From contig JBHGNT010000002.1 in the NCBI GenBank assembly GCA_043228905.1, positions 6,696,001 through 6,760,000 of the forward strand: a DNA stretch of 64,000 bases. The letters are read 5' to 3'. Below the pieces are notes generated by a model. That model had not been told where the DNA came from. It ran no database searches and worked only from the letters and a program-made list of their open reading frames with translations. How positions within the stretch are numbered: the stretch's first letter is position 1; each line of letters begins with the position of its first letter. Both the position numbers and the translations under genes were made by a program. Positions 26,358 to 38,999 of the stretch are shown in pieces. The stretch is from Azolla caroliniana. Its lineage: Eukaryota; Plantae; Polypodiophyta.

Positions 26358-29171
26358 ATGGTTGACACAAGTACAACCGGAATCGGATGGGTCATCAATC
26401 AAGCCGATCCGGAAGATTCACGATATCCGATCCGATTCGGAGCAAATGTTCTCAACGAAAGGCAACGCGGATATGCACAAGTTAAAAGAGAATTATGGGG
26501 AGTTGTGTTGGCAATCAAATCGAATCGAGATTATTTGATCGGAGCCGAAGTAGTGATCGAAACAGATTGTCTTCCAATACTCGGGATGATGCGGTGTTGC
26601 ACGATACCGGATGTGGCTATGCTAAGATGGATTGCATATGTTAAGTCACTTAATCCGGAGGTTAGACACATCTCCGGAAAAGACAACGCTGTAGCGGATA
26701 TGCTATCAAGGGCGCGGTTCGGAAATGACATAACCGAATCCAATAATGAAGAAGTTTCTGAAGACTACTTTGCTTCGGAGCACATATGCCGGGTGGACGT
26801 AATCCAAGAATTCCGGGAAGAAGAATACGAGGGAGAAAGCTTGTTGATCGGGAAAATGCTACGAGAAATCGAGGAATCATTGGACAATAAAGAAAAGAGA
26901 GTTGAGATCGAAGTAAGAAACAGCAAGTCCGAAAGTTCTTGAAAAATGGATTTTTATGGAGGGAGCCGAAAAGATCGGGTGGCATACCACTTCGAGTAGT
27001 CGGGACAAAAGAGCAACGAAACCAGGTAATGTCCGAATTTCACGAATCTGATTGGGTTGGACATCGGGGAACATGGGCAACATTTGGGAAGATCAAGCAA
27101 AGATATTGGTGGAAAAATATGTACAAAGATGTCGCAGAGTTCACGGAAAGCTGCGAGAAGTGTCAAATCTACTCCGGAGTTCGACACCAAGATGAGTTAC
27201 ATCCGACATTCTCACTGACAATCAACTTCAAATGGATGGTCGACATTGTAGCCATGCCAACCGGGATCGGACAAAAGAAGTACTTGGTATTAGCTCGGGA
27301 AGATCTCACAAATCAAGTAGAAGGTCGGGCGCTACGAAGAAAAACGTGCTCTGCGGTATGACAATTTCTTTTGGAAGAAGTGTTTTGCAGGTACGGGTGC
27401 GTAGGAAGAGTGATTGTGGATCGGGGAGAACTTGACTCTGATAAAGCTAGGGGATTCTTCGCCAAACATGGAGTTCGGTGAACACTAACAACGGCATACA
27501 ATCCGGAAGCCAACGAGAAGGTCGAGCGAGGACATAGTCCGATCGTCAAAGCACTTGCCAAAGCATGCGACGGAAGGGTGAAGGATTGACCGCAGATGCT
27601 TCCGTATGCACTATGGGCGGATCGGACGACGCATAGCTCCGTAACCGGTTACATGCCGACAAAACTCATGACCGGACAAGCACCGGTAATGCCGACAGAA
27701 ACTGCAATCGCGACATGGACAATGCTACCATGGAAGGAAGAGATGAGGTGGGAAGAACTACTAGCGGTCCGGATACGACAACTGGAGGGAAGACCGGAAG
27801 ACATAGCGGAAGCAATACGCCGACAACAAGAAGCGCGATTCCGGAATAAAAGCCGGTTCGACACAAAGCACCGACTACGACCGCGGAAGATTGAAGAAGG
27901 AGATTGGGTGATTGTCTACGAAAATAGTTTGGATCATCAACATACAACGATGCGGAAGTTCACGAAAAGGTGGTTCAGGCCATACAGGTTCGGAAAGTTT
28001 TCGACAACGGAACTTACCGACTATGCGAGTTGGATGGAACAATGCTACGAGTGCCTATAGCCGGGAAACGGGTGAAGATTTTCAAGAAGCGGACTGATGA
28101 AGAACCCTATGTGATCCTAAACAAGACCGACCAGAAGGAGCAATTAGACGAAGATCGCGGTGATGCGGAAAGCGAAGAAAGTGGATTAGAACTCATAGTT
28201 GACTTAAGGGGAGAATCGGAGGAAGCTTCGGATGAAGGTGAATAGCAAGCATCGGGGACTTCGGCACATACCGGAGGATGTGCAGGTTAGGAGGGGACGA
28301 GTGTCGTACTGTAATTCGCACACTACGTGAAAAATTACATTTTTGGTCTCTCCGGATAGGACATGGAGTACCCTGTGAGAACCGAAAGAAGGAATCGGTA
28401 AGGACCGAAACCGGTAAGGAGACCCGGCAAGAGCCGGATGAAGAAGGCCGGTGAGAGTCGGTGAGAAATGGACGAAGAGATCGGTAAGGAGGTCCCGATA
28501 AGAACCAGACAAAGAAAACTAGCAAGCACCGGATGAAGCAGAACCGGAAAGAGCCGAATGAAGAAGGCCGGTGAGAGTCTCTCACCGGATGAAGAGACAT
28601 ATTTGTAAATAGAAGAAAGTATAAAAATATATATATTACATGCATAGGGCAAGATTCGAACCTTGCACCTCCATGTTAATAATGTTAAGCCTTATCATTA
28701 TACTAGCGTATTATGAATTTTAAAGTTATACTAAACTTTATCCCATGTAAAATTTCTAGACATGCATGGTACAAAAAGTTATTCATGCGTAAACACTCGA
28801 GTTAAAAGAAAAGATGAGATAGAAAGCTAATCATGCACATGCAGTGTGCATGAAAACTAAAGATAGGAAAAGCATGATGCTTGCATGTGATAAATTTAGA
28901 CTCTTCCAATACTATATAAGGAAGAGAGAAAGATGTATAGATGTTGTTGATTATTTTACAAGGGTTGATTAATATAATATAATCGTGGGATCCACGAATT
29001 TGCTAACTATTATTCTCTCTTAATTTGAGTACTCACTAATACACTATACTCGTGGGATTCACGAGTTTTGCATATCTTTCTTTCTCACAATATATTTCAC
29101 ATTCTTAATTGCCTTAGAATTTTCCTTCCTCCTAGTCCAAAACCCCAGTGGTTCCCACCCGACTCACGCAA

Positions 29172-30130
29172 AACTCGCTGAGATGGAGATAGAGAGGCTT
29201 CGTGCCGAACTCCGACAATCGTCGAATCATGAAACAGACATCCGAGCATGGCGCAGAAGAGCATTAAAGCACTGCATGAGAAGTTGGATGCCGAAATTTC
29301 GACTCACAAACAAGCAATCGAAGCGCTCAACAAGCTGACTGATGTCGTCAGTCGATCCGAAGTCATCATTCAAGAGTTGCATGAGGCCGAAACGAAAAAG
29401 CACCAGTGGTATGATGAACAAATCGAGAACAAGCGCCAGTTATCAAAAGAGATCCAAGAAGGATGGGATAAGGAGATGGGCCGATTAGAAGAATTGTGTG
29501 AAAAAGAGTCGAAGCTCTAGGAAGAGGTGAAATCACGGTACGAGATGCAAGCGGCCTGCAATAACAACAAAATCATAAAACCTCAAGACGGCCATCCAGG
29601 AAATGAGGGTGAGAACTGAGATGAACATCTAAAGAATCAAGGTCCTGCTAGCAATTAAAAGGGAGTGATTCACACGCCAGCTCACGAAGTCACTAGACCG
29701 AGGTTGGGCCGACTAGGTGAAGCAAGCAGTAGAGCTTCATACATATCAGGCCGACTAGGAGAATCGGCAAAAAGAAGGCATGGGATTTTACAAACTAAAT
29801 GAAGAGAGTATCACAACGATCTGAGAAGACCTTGTGCAAGACTATCAAGCCCTAGCCGACTGCCAGTCCGACGAAATCAAGCGGTTATTGGAGGAATTCG
29901 GCGACAACCAGATCAAAACATCGCTCGAACTCTAGGCATGAATACGAAAGCAAACAGGCGGAGCAAGGAGAAGGGACGGAAACCATAGTACTCCCCAACA
30001 GTGACTCTAGTGAGCATGCAGTGGAAGATAATGACGTCATAGCTACCCTACCCCCATACAACAAAATTTCGGACAACCGACGCTAGGAAGAAAACCATGC
30101 CAAAACTCAGACGAAAGATACGTCGCGGGA
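29172..30130 (+). pseudogene. Coiled-coil C-terminal part of the extra ORF begun at 20010
   Basis: Heptad-like E/K/Q/L-rich reading (ORF 29248-29520) with many TAG stops; resumes after Gypsy-W1. Confidence 0.5.
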
Positions 30131-30192
30131 ATAGAGTCAGGCAGAGAAGCCCCTCAACAATAATCCCTAGCCATTTTAGAGACATAGAGTAA

Positions 30193-30594
30193 TGTAAGCA
30201 TTAGATAAGGATGGAATATAGATCAATAGATAGATCTAGATAGAGAGGAGAAAGAAAGAAGGGTGTCGATCCACCCGACCACCCCCGAGCGAAGGGATCG
30301 AGACGGACTCGAGCCTCGATCGGCATCCCATACCACCACCTTGGCGTTGAGTCGTACCTGGTGCTAGCGCACTCGCTACAAGAGTTGAACCACTCATGAA
30401 CAACGTCTTGACGTAGTCAAGAGATGATGAAATGAGGTTAGCTAAGCCTCTTATTTATAGCGATACCCAAGGCCCCCAGCCATGTTCACACTTGGCCTAA
30501 TGGGTTGTCTTAATCCCGAGGATTAAAAGTAATCCTCCCCTTCTTTACACTCTTGTTTAACCCTCACACTTATCCACGTGTATAGAATACTACA
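30193..30594 (-). mobile_element. Solo LTR related to the chromovirus LTR at 62336-62809
   Basis: TGTA...TACA; flanks GTAA/GTAA; shares tccacccgaccacccccgagc and tagctaagcctc.tatttata with the 62336 LTR. Confidence 0.75.
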
Positions 30595-30619
30595 GTAAAT
30601 TCTGACAACAGGATATTAT

Positions 30620-31448
30620 ATGGTCATGCTCGTAACAAGCCAAGCCATGCAGAAGGAAACCAGGAACCAGGACAGAAAACCAAAGCCGAACTAGAGCTGG
30701 AAAAGATAGTCAGAGTTGAACCAACAGCCCAAACGGAGCCAACGAAGCCAACAGGCCGCACCGAACATGTCGTGCTAGATCTAATGCAGGAAGCCCCCAC
30801 TCCCCCAAAGACGCCTATCGTTGCCCCCATAGTCACGTGGGGCCAAGCATCCTGCAAATTTTCGATGACACATAGATTGCACTGTGGGTTCGACCGTGCA
30901 GGCAATGTACCATAGGCGTGCCATGTGTTGGCCGCCTCGGATGACCAAGTGAGAAAGGATGAAGAGGAAAAAGACAAGCGGACAGTCACGGCAAGGTGAA
31001 GAAGACGGTTGGGGCCAAAAAGCAATAAAGAAGAGAAAACGTAAAACGGCTAGGACTTTCATGAGGGACAACGGTTCACGATCTCTGCGTAACCGCCCAT
31101 GACCCTATATAAAGGGCATGGAAAACCTGTAAAAGAAATCTAATCGTAGTTTTTGTATAAATAGCTTTTGAATATAGAATTTGTTTGGTTATTTGTTGTA
31201 TCTCTATTCTGTGTTGAGTTGTATCTGTGTCGAGTCCGCGTACTCTGTGTGTAAAGCACGTACGAGTCGGTTGTAGCCGTCTTCATAAACCTCTACAGTC
31301 TCCACAATCGAGATACCTAGCACAATTCTTGCTCATAGTAACCCAGGCTACGAGTATGCCCCTTCGCACTCCTTCCCTAACCATGATACCTTTGAGCCGA
31401 ACCCTAAGGACCGAGGATTTGGCACCGTGTTACCCTTAGCCGGTAACA
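30620..31448 (+). repeat. Probable 3' LTR of the non-chromovirus Gypsy host
   Basis: CCCTATATAAAGGG near 31103, T-rich tract, ends tgttacccttagccggtaaca; the 5' boundary was not resolved. Confidence 0.45.
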
Positions 31449-31529
31449 AGCTACATACCGAAGCTCCACAAAGCCGAAACGAACTTCTACGAGCATTGCT
31501 AATACGGGAAACAGGCATGTAGTCCACAC

Positions 31530-31973
31530 TCAATCCATTATGAGACGGTACGAAAGCCCCTAGAGCTGATCCACACCAACAACTGCAAGTCGATGCCCAA
31601 AATGTCTCTAGGTGGCTCCTAGTACTTCATCACAGTTGTTGATGATTGTACACGGAAGTTCTGGGCTTATTCGATTAAGTCCAAATACGAAGCGCTTGAA
31701 AGTTTCACTTGGTGGAAAAATAAATCTGAAACCGAAAATAAATCCCGTCATAAAGTGAAGACGCTGAGGTCGGACAATGGAGGTGAATACACCTCCAAAG
31801 CCTTCGAAAATAACTTGTCCAAAAAGGGGATCCAGAATCAGAAGATTGTTCCCTACACCCTGATGCAGAACGGTTAGATGAACCGATGAACCAGACCATC
31901 CATGAGAGAGTGACGACAATGCTCTAGCAAGGCGGACTAAAGTTGGAGTTCTGGGCCGAGACATTGCAGACAA
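31530..31973 (+). pseudogene. Copia integrase fragment
   Basis: PLELIH..YFITVVDDCTRK..TLRSDNGGEYTS..VPYT.MQNG..FWAE. Confidence 0.8.
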
Positions 31974-33656
31974 TGTTGTGGAGGATTCCAGCCACTAGGA
32001 GAAAGGTCCATCGCTACATGTGAACAAAGGTGTGCATGTATGCACATGAACTAGGTCTTATGTACAAACAATTGTAAATAACGTCGTATTAATAAGTACA
32101 AGACAACATATCTTTTATTAGTATTTATGGGCCCTCGAAAAGAGGGGAAGAATAATAGGACATGATGGGAGGAATTTAAGGGAATCATGAGAAATATCTA
32201 ACAAAAAGGGTTGTCATAACTATTGATGTAATCGACCCTCCTTGAGCTATAAATGGAGGGGGGGAAACTGTTTTGGTGGGAGGGGAGGGAGGCGGAGGGG
32301 GGGGGGGGGATTCAGTCATTTTGGGGAATTCAAATTCTATGGGGATCTCAGCTCTATCTTGTCGAATAGGTGGTGTGAGGCCTTCTGCTCGCGTAGGTAG
32401 CCCATGTGCTCTCCACCACAAGATCACAAGTGTGTGTTTGTTGAGCTCGAAGCTCTGTTTGCCTGACTAAGGCCATCTCTTTGTATTTTCTCTTGAAATT
32501 AATTGATTTTTTTGTGTTGTATCCGGGTGCTCTATCAGTGGCCTTTGCTTTGGTCTCTCTATGTTGTGTCAATATTAATATCTTGTCTATGGTGTCCAGG
32601 GAGGTGTCATTTTCTCCCTTTTCTCTTTCTACGCTTACCGTCTAGTATTCGTAATCCCGTGTGTTCATCTTTCTGAAATTACGTAACAAGGTTGGATCGA
32701 TCGCTGCAAAAGCTCTGTTGGCACTCATATTTAAGCTCCTTGGTTTGAGACCCCGACGGTCCCGCCCGAGACGACCCGCAAGTCGTGGATTTCCGTGACA
32801 TCCTAAAGCCATCTCTTTGTATTTTCTCTTGAAATTAATCGATTGTTTTGTGTTGTATCCAAGTGCTCTATCTGTGGCCTTTGGTTTGGTCTCTCTAAGT
32901 TGTGTCAATATTGATATGTTGTCTGTGGTGTCCGGGGAGGTGTCATTTTCTCCCTTTTCTTGTTCTACGCTTACCGTCTAGTATTCGTGAGCCCGTGTGT
33001 TCATCTTTCTGAAATCTGATAATAGGGTTGGATGAGTCACTGCAAAAGCTCTATCAGCACTCATATTTAAGCTCCTTGGTTTGAGATCCCGACAGTCACA
33101 CCCGAGACGACCCACAAGTCGTGGATTTTTGTGACATCCTTGTTGAACCTGACGTGAAAAGGGCAGCAAAGGAGCTATGATGAAAGGTGGAAAGCTAGCA
33201 GAAATGATGGTGGTGGCCATGGACCACCTCATGAGCGCAAGGGACGGGTCAGCAGGCCTCGACAAGGCCATAGAGACCATAGTCGACACATCCAGCCGAT
33301 TCAACGGACGAGACATTATGGGTTATTTGGAGGCCTTTAAGGCCTAAATGTTGATGGGGGATATTCCGAACGACAGACGATTGTCTGAATTTACCTAGGT
33401 CGTGATGCCGACCATCCACGTAGAGGTGCTCAAAAGGCAGGGAGACAGTAGAAACTGGGCGGACTTCGAGGAGTGACTGCTTGAAAAATATCGCTTTGAT
33501 TACTCACTCCCGTTGTCGAAGAAGGAGCTCATGAATTGGGTCGAGCTCCCCTGGAAGGGAAGGAATACAATGTCAGTTCCCCATGAATTCGAGAAGAGAT
33601 TTGCACAACTCTTGGCATTGAAGTGGACCATGCTCGATACAAGCAAGGTTCTATTA

Positions 33657-34135
33657 TGTCAAGATCATGACCGGCCACAACCGGTCTCCCCCATGAATGT
33701 TTGGTGCAAAGAATCTAGATAAATAGTACACAGACGGAAAACGAAAAGGCAAGGAAAAACAAGGGCAGAGACACCAGATGTTTTACGTGGAAAACCTGAA
33801 AGGGAAAAACCACAAGGGTCCACAAACCTCGAGAAACAAAATCATTAATAATGAGGGAGGAATACAAGAAGACTCGAAGGCAACAACCTCGAGCTCGTCT
33901 TTGTCAAAAATGATGGTTGTAGAGTTACTCACACTCTTACACACACACTCTCTCTCCTACTAGTTATAGAGGCAACTACCTTCTCTAACTATACAACAAT
34001 AATCAACTACTTGCCCTAAGTGTATATATACTCATATACACATCAGACTATTTACAAATATAGCCTCAATGGGCACATCTAGACTATTTACAAATATAGT
34101 CTCTCGAATCGGTTATACAATGGATTCTCAGTTTC
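33657..34135 (-). mobile_element. Copia-type LTR remnant, reverse orientation
   Basis: Reverse complements of cggttgtggccg and ggtttttccc..ttttccacgtaaaac from the Copia-2 LTR; the right boundary is approximate. Confidence 0.7.
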
Positions 34136-36991
34136 AATTCTCCTCCTGGAGATGGGCGATGGCCTAACGATCGATTGGGCCATGGTCAAGAGGGTATGCA
34201 ACTGTTTCAATAAACAGCATGAATGGAATGACGAGGGGAGGTCGTCGACAGGCCCGACCACAAGAGAGGAGTAATAGGGGAGGTGACAACTCGATCGGAG
34301 TTCCGACCAATGTAGTCGACGGACCATTGGGAGGCACAATGTTGGAGGAGCTCACAAAGATAGTGTACGACCTCCAGATTGCTCAAGCTCCGAGGGATGG
34401 TAGGAGTCAAATCTCATGATCGACACCCGCCTAACGGCCTTAGGTGCATGCGGTGCGTTAATGTCGACCACATCCGGAGGGACTAGGCCGACTTAGCCGA
34501 GAATAATGTCGTCTATCTCTAGAATGACCAAGTACATGCCAGTGAGACAAGGAGGCCCCTAGAAATGAACACTGGTCGAGGCGAATGAAGAGGATAATGG
34601 ATGAGGCGGCGGCGCAACATGTAGAGGTCATCCATTACTCAGCGTCAGTCGGTATCCGAGTCGGAGGAGATAAGTGCGTCAGGATAGGAAACGACACCAA
34701 ATTCTGGTTGGTGGTGTTAGAGGGCTTCTCCGGAAAGAAGCTAAGGAAGGAAGAGGCGGACTGCACAAAGAGACAGATCCAAGAGGTCACCGGGTGGAAC
34801 GACCCGGTGAAGGAGAAGACCAACTTCGTGGAAGCTGCATGCCAAAACTACAAAGTACTAATCAAAGCCAAGTGGGTCTGGAAGGCCGGAGGGGCAGGCC
34901 CTTCAGGCAAGTACGACATCCGGAGCAGACCGAAAAATGGTCACAATGGTCTGACCGACCCTCAAGAGAAGTCAAAGGGAAAACTTTCAAGCTTCTAGCT
35001 GAGCTTGGAATTAGAGAAGTCGATAGACCTACAAAAGGTCTTAGAGGAGCGAATCCTCGAATGTCGGGTGGAATTTACACTACAAGAAGTATTGGTCATT
35101 GCCAAGAAAGAATTACACAATACAATTATCGACCTGTGGAAGAGGAAGCAGCTCTTCATGGAGTCGGAAAATGAGAAACCAATTGAGCTAAAGGCGGCAC
35201 ACATCGACGAAATGGTGGGGGAAGAAGAGTATGCCGCCAACCACTACATGCAGCCGCACTAGGCAAAGGCTACAACGAAGACTCCAGTATGGATCAAAGA
35301 AGTGAAGGAGCCGGTCGTCACATTGATCGACCACGAATCAGAGATTAGTCTAATGTCATTAAATATCTACAAGAAAGGGAAGGAACGATCAACATGAAGC
35401 ACGGATGGAAGATTCGAGCAGCGACCCATTCCATGGAAGAACTATACGGTGCGTGCCCAAACATCCGAGTAAAGGTCGGTGACGTCGAAATGGACCATCA
35501 CTTCTTTGTGCAAGAGTCTTCCTCCCATCCAGTGATCTTGGGTGAGCCCTACATTACGACGGCCCAGATGGAGACGAAAGTGCTAGACAACGGTTCAGCC
35601 TATGCGAGGGTGAAGAGCCAGGACGGTCGGCACTCTATTTAGTTCCTGATGGTTCGGCCGAACCACGATAGAAACAGGGACTCTCCTGGCAGCAAAGGCC
35701 AAAAGGATTTTTGAAGAGGGTCATGACAATCTGGACAACTGACCGAAACCCCACACTTGTCCATAGGTAGGAAATTTTGGTTCTTCGACAATGGAGGTTA
35801 TACAATAGTCGACATTGACGACCGGGAAAGACGACGAATCGAGGGGTGCTTAAAGGCATGCGGAGCCATGGACCCCAACAACTCAATCAGTGGCAGCGTG
35901 GAAGCGATCTCGTTCAACGACACCCTTGGGAAAATCAAAATGGCGATCGAGGGAGGTCTATGTGAAAACCAGACGATTTCAGCCAATTCTGTCGAGATAT
36001 ATGAGGTCATCAAGGATTTCGGGCAAATGGTCAGGGCGGGTCAAACCGCCCATATTTCCACCAAGTACAAAACTGTGGACAGGAAGGTGAGGCCAGTTGC
36101 GACACCCTTACCTGAGGATAGTTGGGAGAGGATGAACGGGGTTGCAATCGACCCATGTGGCATAGGGCACCGGTTCACCGACGAGCCGCTACAGAAGCTC
36201 AAAATTGGTGGGGATAGCTTCCTACTACCCATAGACACGAACCTGTTTCCAGAGGATGCTCGAAAATCACGGGAGGGCTTTTGCATTCTCTCTGGAGGAG
36301 ATCGGGTGTGTAGATCCAACCATCGTCGAACATATGGTGATATTCATGGTACCGCATGTACCGTGGAACCTTAAATTGATTCTAGTAGCCAGAGCTCACA
36401 TCCGAAGCTAATGGAGCTACGCAAGGAGAAGATCGAGATGGGGATCCTTGAGCCGTCGAGTGCCCCATATTCAAATTGGTGGTTCATAGTGCTGAAGAAG
36501 AACAACATTTTGCGCTTTATATAGGACCTGCAACCAGTCAACAAAGTGACGATACAAAATGCAGGGGTTTGGCCGACCATTTATGAGTTTGTCAAGGCCT
36601 TCGCTGGAAGGTCGATCTACCTGGTCTTTGATTTTTACTCAGGGTACGATCAATTCCAACTAGTCGTCGAAAGTAGGGACATCACGACGATGCAGACCCC
36701 TCTCGGCTTAGTTCGGATGTGTACCCTACCGCAAGGAGGGACAAATTCTGTGGCGCACATGGTGAACACAATGAATAAAGTACTAAGGGACTGCATCTTG
36801 GATGCCATCATGCCATTCCTAGATGACATCTTGATAAAAGGGTGTCCAGAGGACCGGAAGGACGAGATCATTCGGGGAAGATGGGTGCCAGACGTTCATG
36901 ACCGACCACACTTCCGACTATGAGAAGATACTGTAGAGGCTGGATGGAGTGCGACTTACCTTCTCTGGGGAGAAGTCAACGTTCAGATAGT

Positions 36992-37471
36992 TGTTAATCC
37001 TAGGTTGGACTTAGCCGCTAACACAAGGTGTTCCCTTCCAGAACAGGTATCCAAAGGGATGGTCGGAGATATGGATGATGATTGAACACTTATTCACTTA
37101 ACACTATCCGGTTACTTTCTGGAATGCCTTCCGGAATCACAAACTTATCCAGATCTTAATTACACACGTAAGATTATGAATGATGGCACAAACGGCAAGT
37201 ACACAAAATAGACAATAAGATTAACAAGAACAACACTTAACACTTGTATTACTTCCATAAAATATACATCAATCAAGATCATTTTATAGAAATCCGATAA
37301 GAGTTTCAAAACGGTGTGTGGCGGCTACTAATTGGTGCAGATCCGGATCGGTACAATTATCCGGATCCATCATTTCCTTACCTATATTAATTCCTATATT
37401 AATAATACTCCTCCAGCCTTAATTCATCCTTGTTCACATTTCCTCATGCGGATCATACACATAAACCAACA
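36992..37471. mobile_element. Solo LTR (480 bp) in the Gypsy-W2 RT
   Basis: TGTT...AACA; TSD ATAGT/ACAGT; removing it restores the RT reading F.QSKILAVGH. Confidence 0.85.
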
Positions 37472-38999
37472 ACAGTCAAAGATCTTAGCGGTCGGTCACC
37501 TATGCAGACCTTATGGTTGGAAACAATTTGTGGCTAAGGTCGACACTATCTCAACGATGAAGGAGGAATGCAAATCGACCACGGAAGTCTGATGGTTCCT
37601 AGGGGCATGTGTCTTCTACCAAATTTGGATTCTGTTGAGATACAAGCTCAACATTGGTCGGATCAGCTGTGCAAGCCGAGAACCAGATTGGTTGGGACCG
37701 ATCGGTTAGGCCGAACTGGTGCGTAAATTGGGTGCGTAAACCGGTACGCAAATCGGTGCGTAACGAGAAGCCGTAGCGGTGCGTAAACCGTGAGGCCGTT
37801 GGAAAGATATTCCGCGTAGGAATATATTTTTAGGAGTTAGTGTAGAGCTCAATTATGAGCATTGAAGTACGTGTCAGCACTTCCATCAGTCTGTATGGAC
37901 TTGTATAAAAGTGCTAACTGAGCACATCCTATGTACAGATTGAGTATTCTTTTTGAATTACAGTTGTGTGTATTGACCCTCTCTCTCTCTATCTCTCCCG
38001 CGTATTGTGTGTGTCCAAACTCTCCATTAAACCTGTGTTTTCCTACGTTCTGTTTTCTGTTGCTTCCGCACGTTCTTTTTACATGGTATCAGAGCGCGAG
38101 GGTTGAGAACCTCTGCAACTAACCTTAGCTCAAGAAGAAAACCTAACCTTCATAAAGAACAGGAAAAACAAAATGGATAGAGGCATGGCTAGCTCGCTTC
38201 CAACAGAGAAGCTCGACAGAAACAACTACGCGTCTTGGTCTTATAAGATGCACCAGTACTTGCTCAGGCACGGTTACTGGAGCTACGTTGACGGAGCAAA
38301 TGACACAGCACCCGACTCGGCACACAAAGACTTCCCGGCTTGGGAACAGTCGGCAAGCAGAGTTCTCTACTGCTTCGCGTCGTGTGTGGGCGAACAGCTT
38401 CTGAGCTATATTCGGGATGCACAAACGCCAAAGGATGCTTGGGGAAATCTGAAGAAGATTTTTGCCACAAGCACCACAACCAGGAAGCTTCAACTCCGAT
38501 AGGAGCTGAGCAACTTACAACAACGCGACTTGTCAGTGGCTGATTACACCCCGAAGATCAAAGAGATATGCGACTCCTTAGCCTCTATCGATGTGAATGT
38601 CGAGGAAGGCGAGATGGTGCAGATCTGTCTCGGGGGACTCATGTCGAAGTTCAAAGCGTTCCGAACTACTGTATGTACATGGGAGAATACGCCATCCATT
38701 TTCGACCTACAGTCAATGCTCCTTATAGAGGAGAACCACACGGCTGCATCAACGAGCACACATGCCGACAGCAAGATGTTGTACACGGAGGGAGATAGGC
38801 GGACGAGGCGAGTCAGTGCGCAACCGAAGCGGCCGACGGGACTGAGGAAGGAGGCATCGAAGTGATGCCGATAGCAATTCCGGACCCTCCAGAAACAGGC
38901 AGAGTCGAGGCGACGAGAACCGACAAGGGAAATCCATCGCGGAATGTTAGTATTGTGGCAAGAAAGGCCACAAGGTGAGTGAGTGATGGAAGAAATCCA

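Larger units (their letters stand above)
21317..29171 (+). mobile_element. tRNA-Trp-primed Gypsy element with pol (Gypsy-W1), decayed; 3' LTR clipped
   Basis: 5' LTR 21317-22211; PBS TGGTGAACCCGACGTGA at 22216-22232; gag, PR (LIDHGSEINLM), RT (FLDD), RH, INT (DRGE, YNPEAN); PPT ggttaggaggggacgag; 3' LTR 28302-~29171 lacks its last ~25 bp; left flank ACGT. Confidence 0.93.
31974..37632 (+). mobile_element. Older tRNA-Trp-primed Gypsy (Gypsy-W2); continues at 53497-~53640
   Basis: LTR TGTTGTGG 31974-33136 with a 336-bp tandem duplication; PBS tgttgaacctgacgtga at 33141; gag RFNGRD, PR, KYKTVDRKVRPV, RT FLDD; FYQIWI|PHYAHIA is split by Copia-4. Confidence 0.88.
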
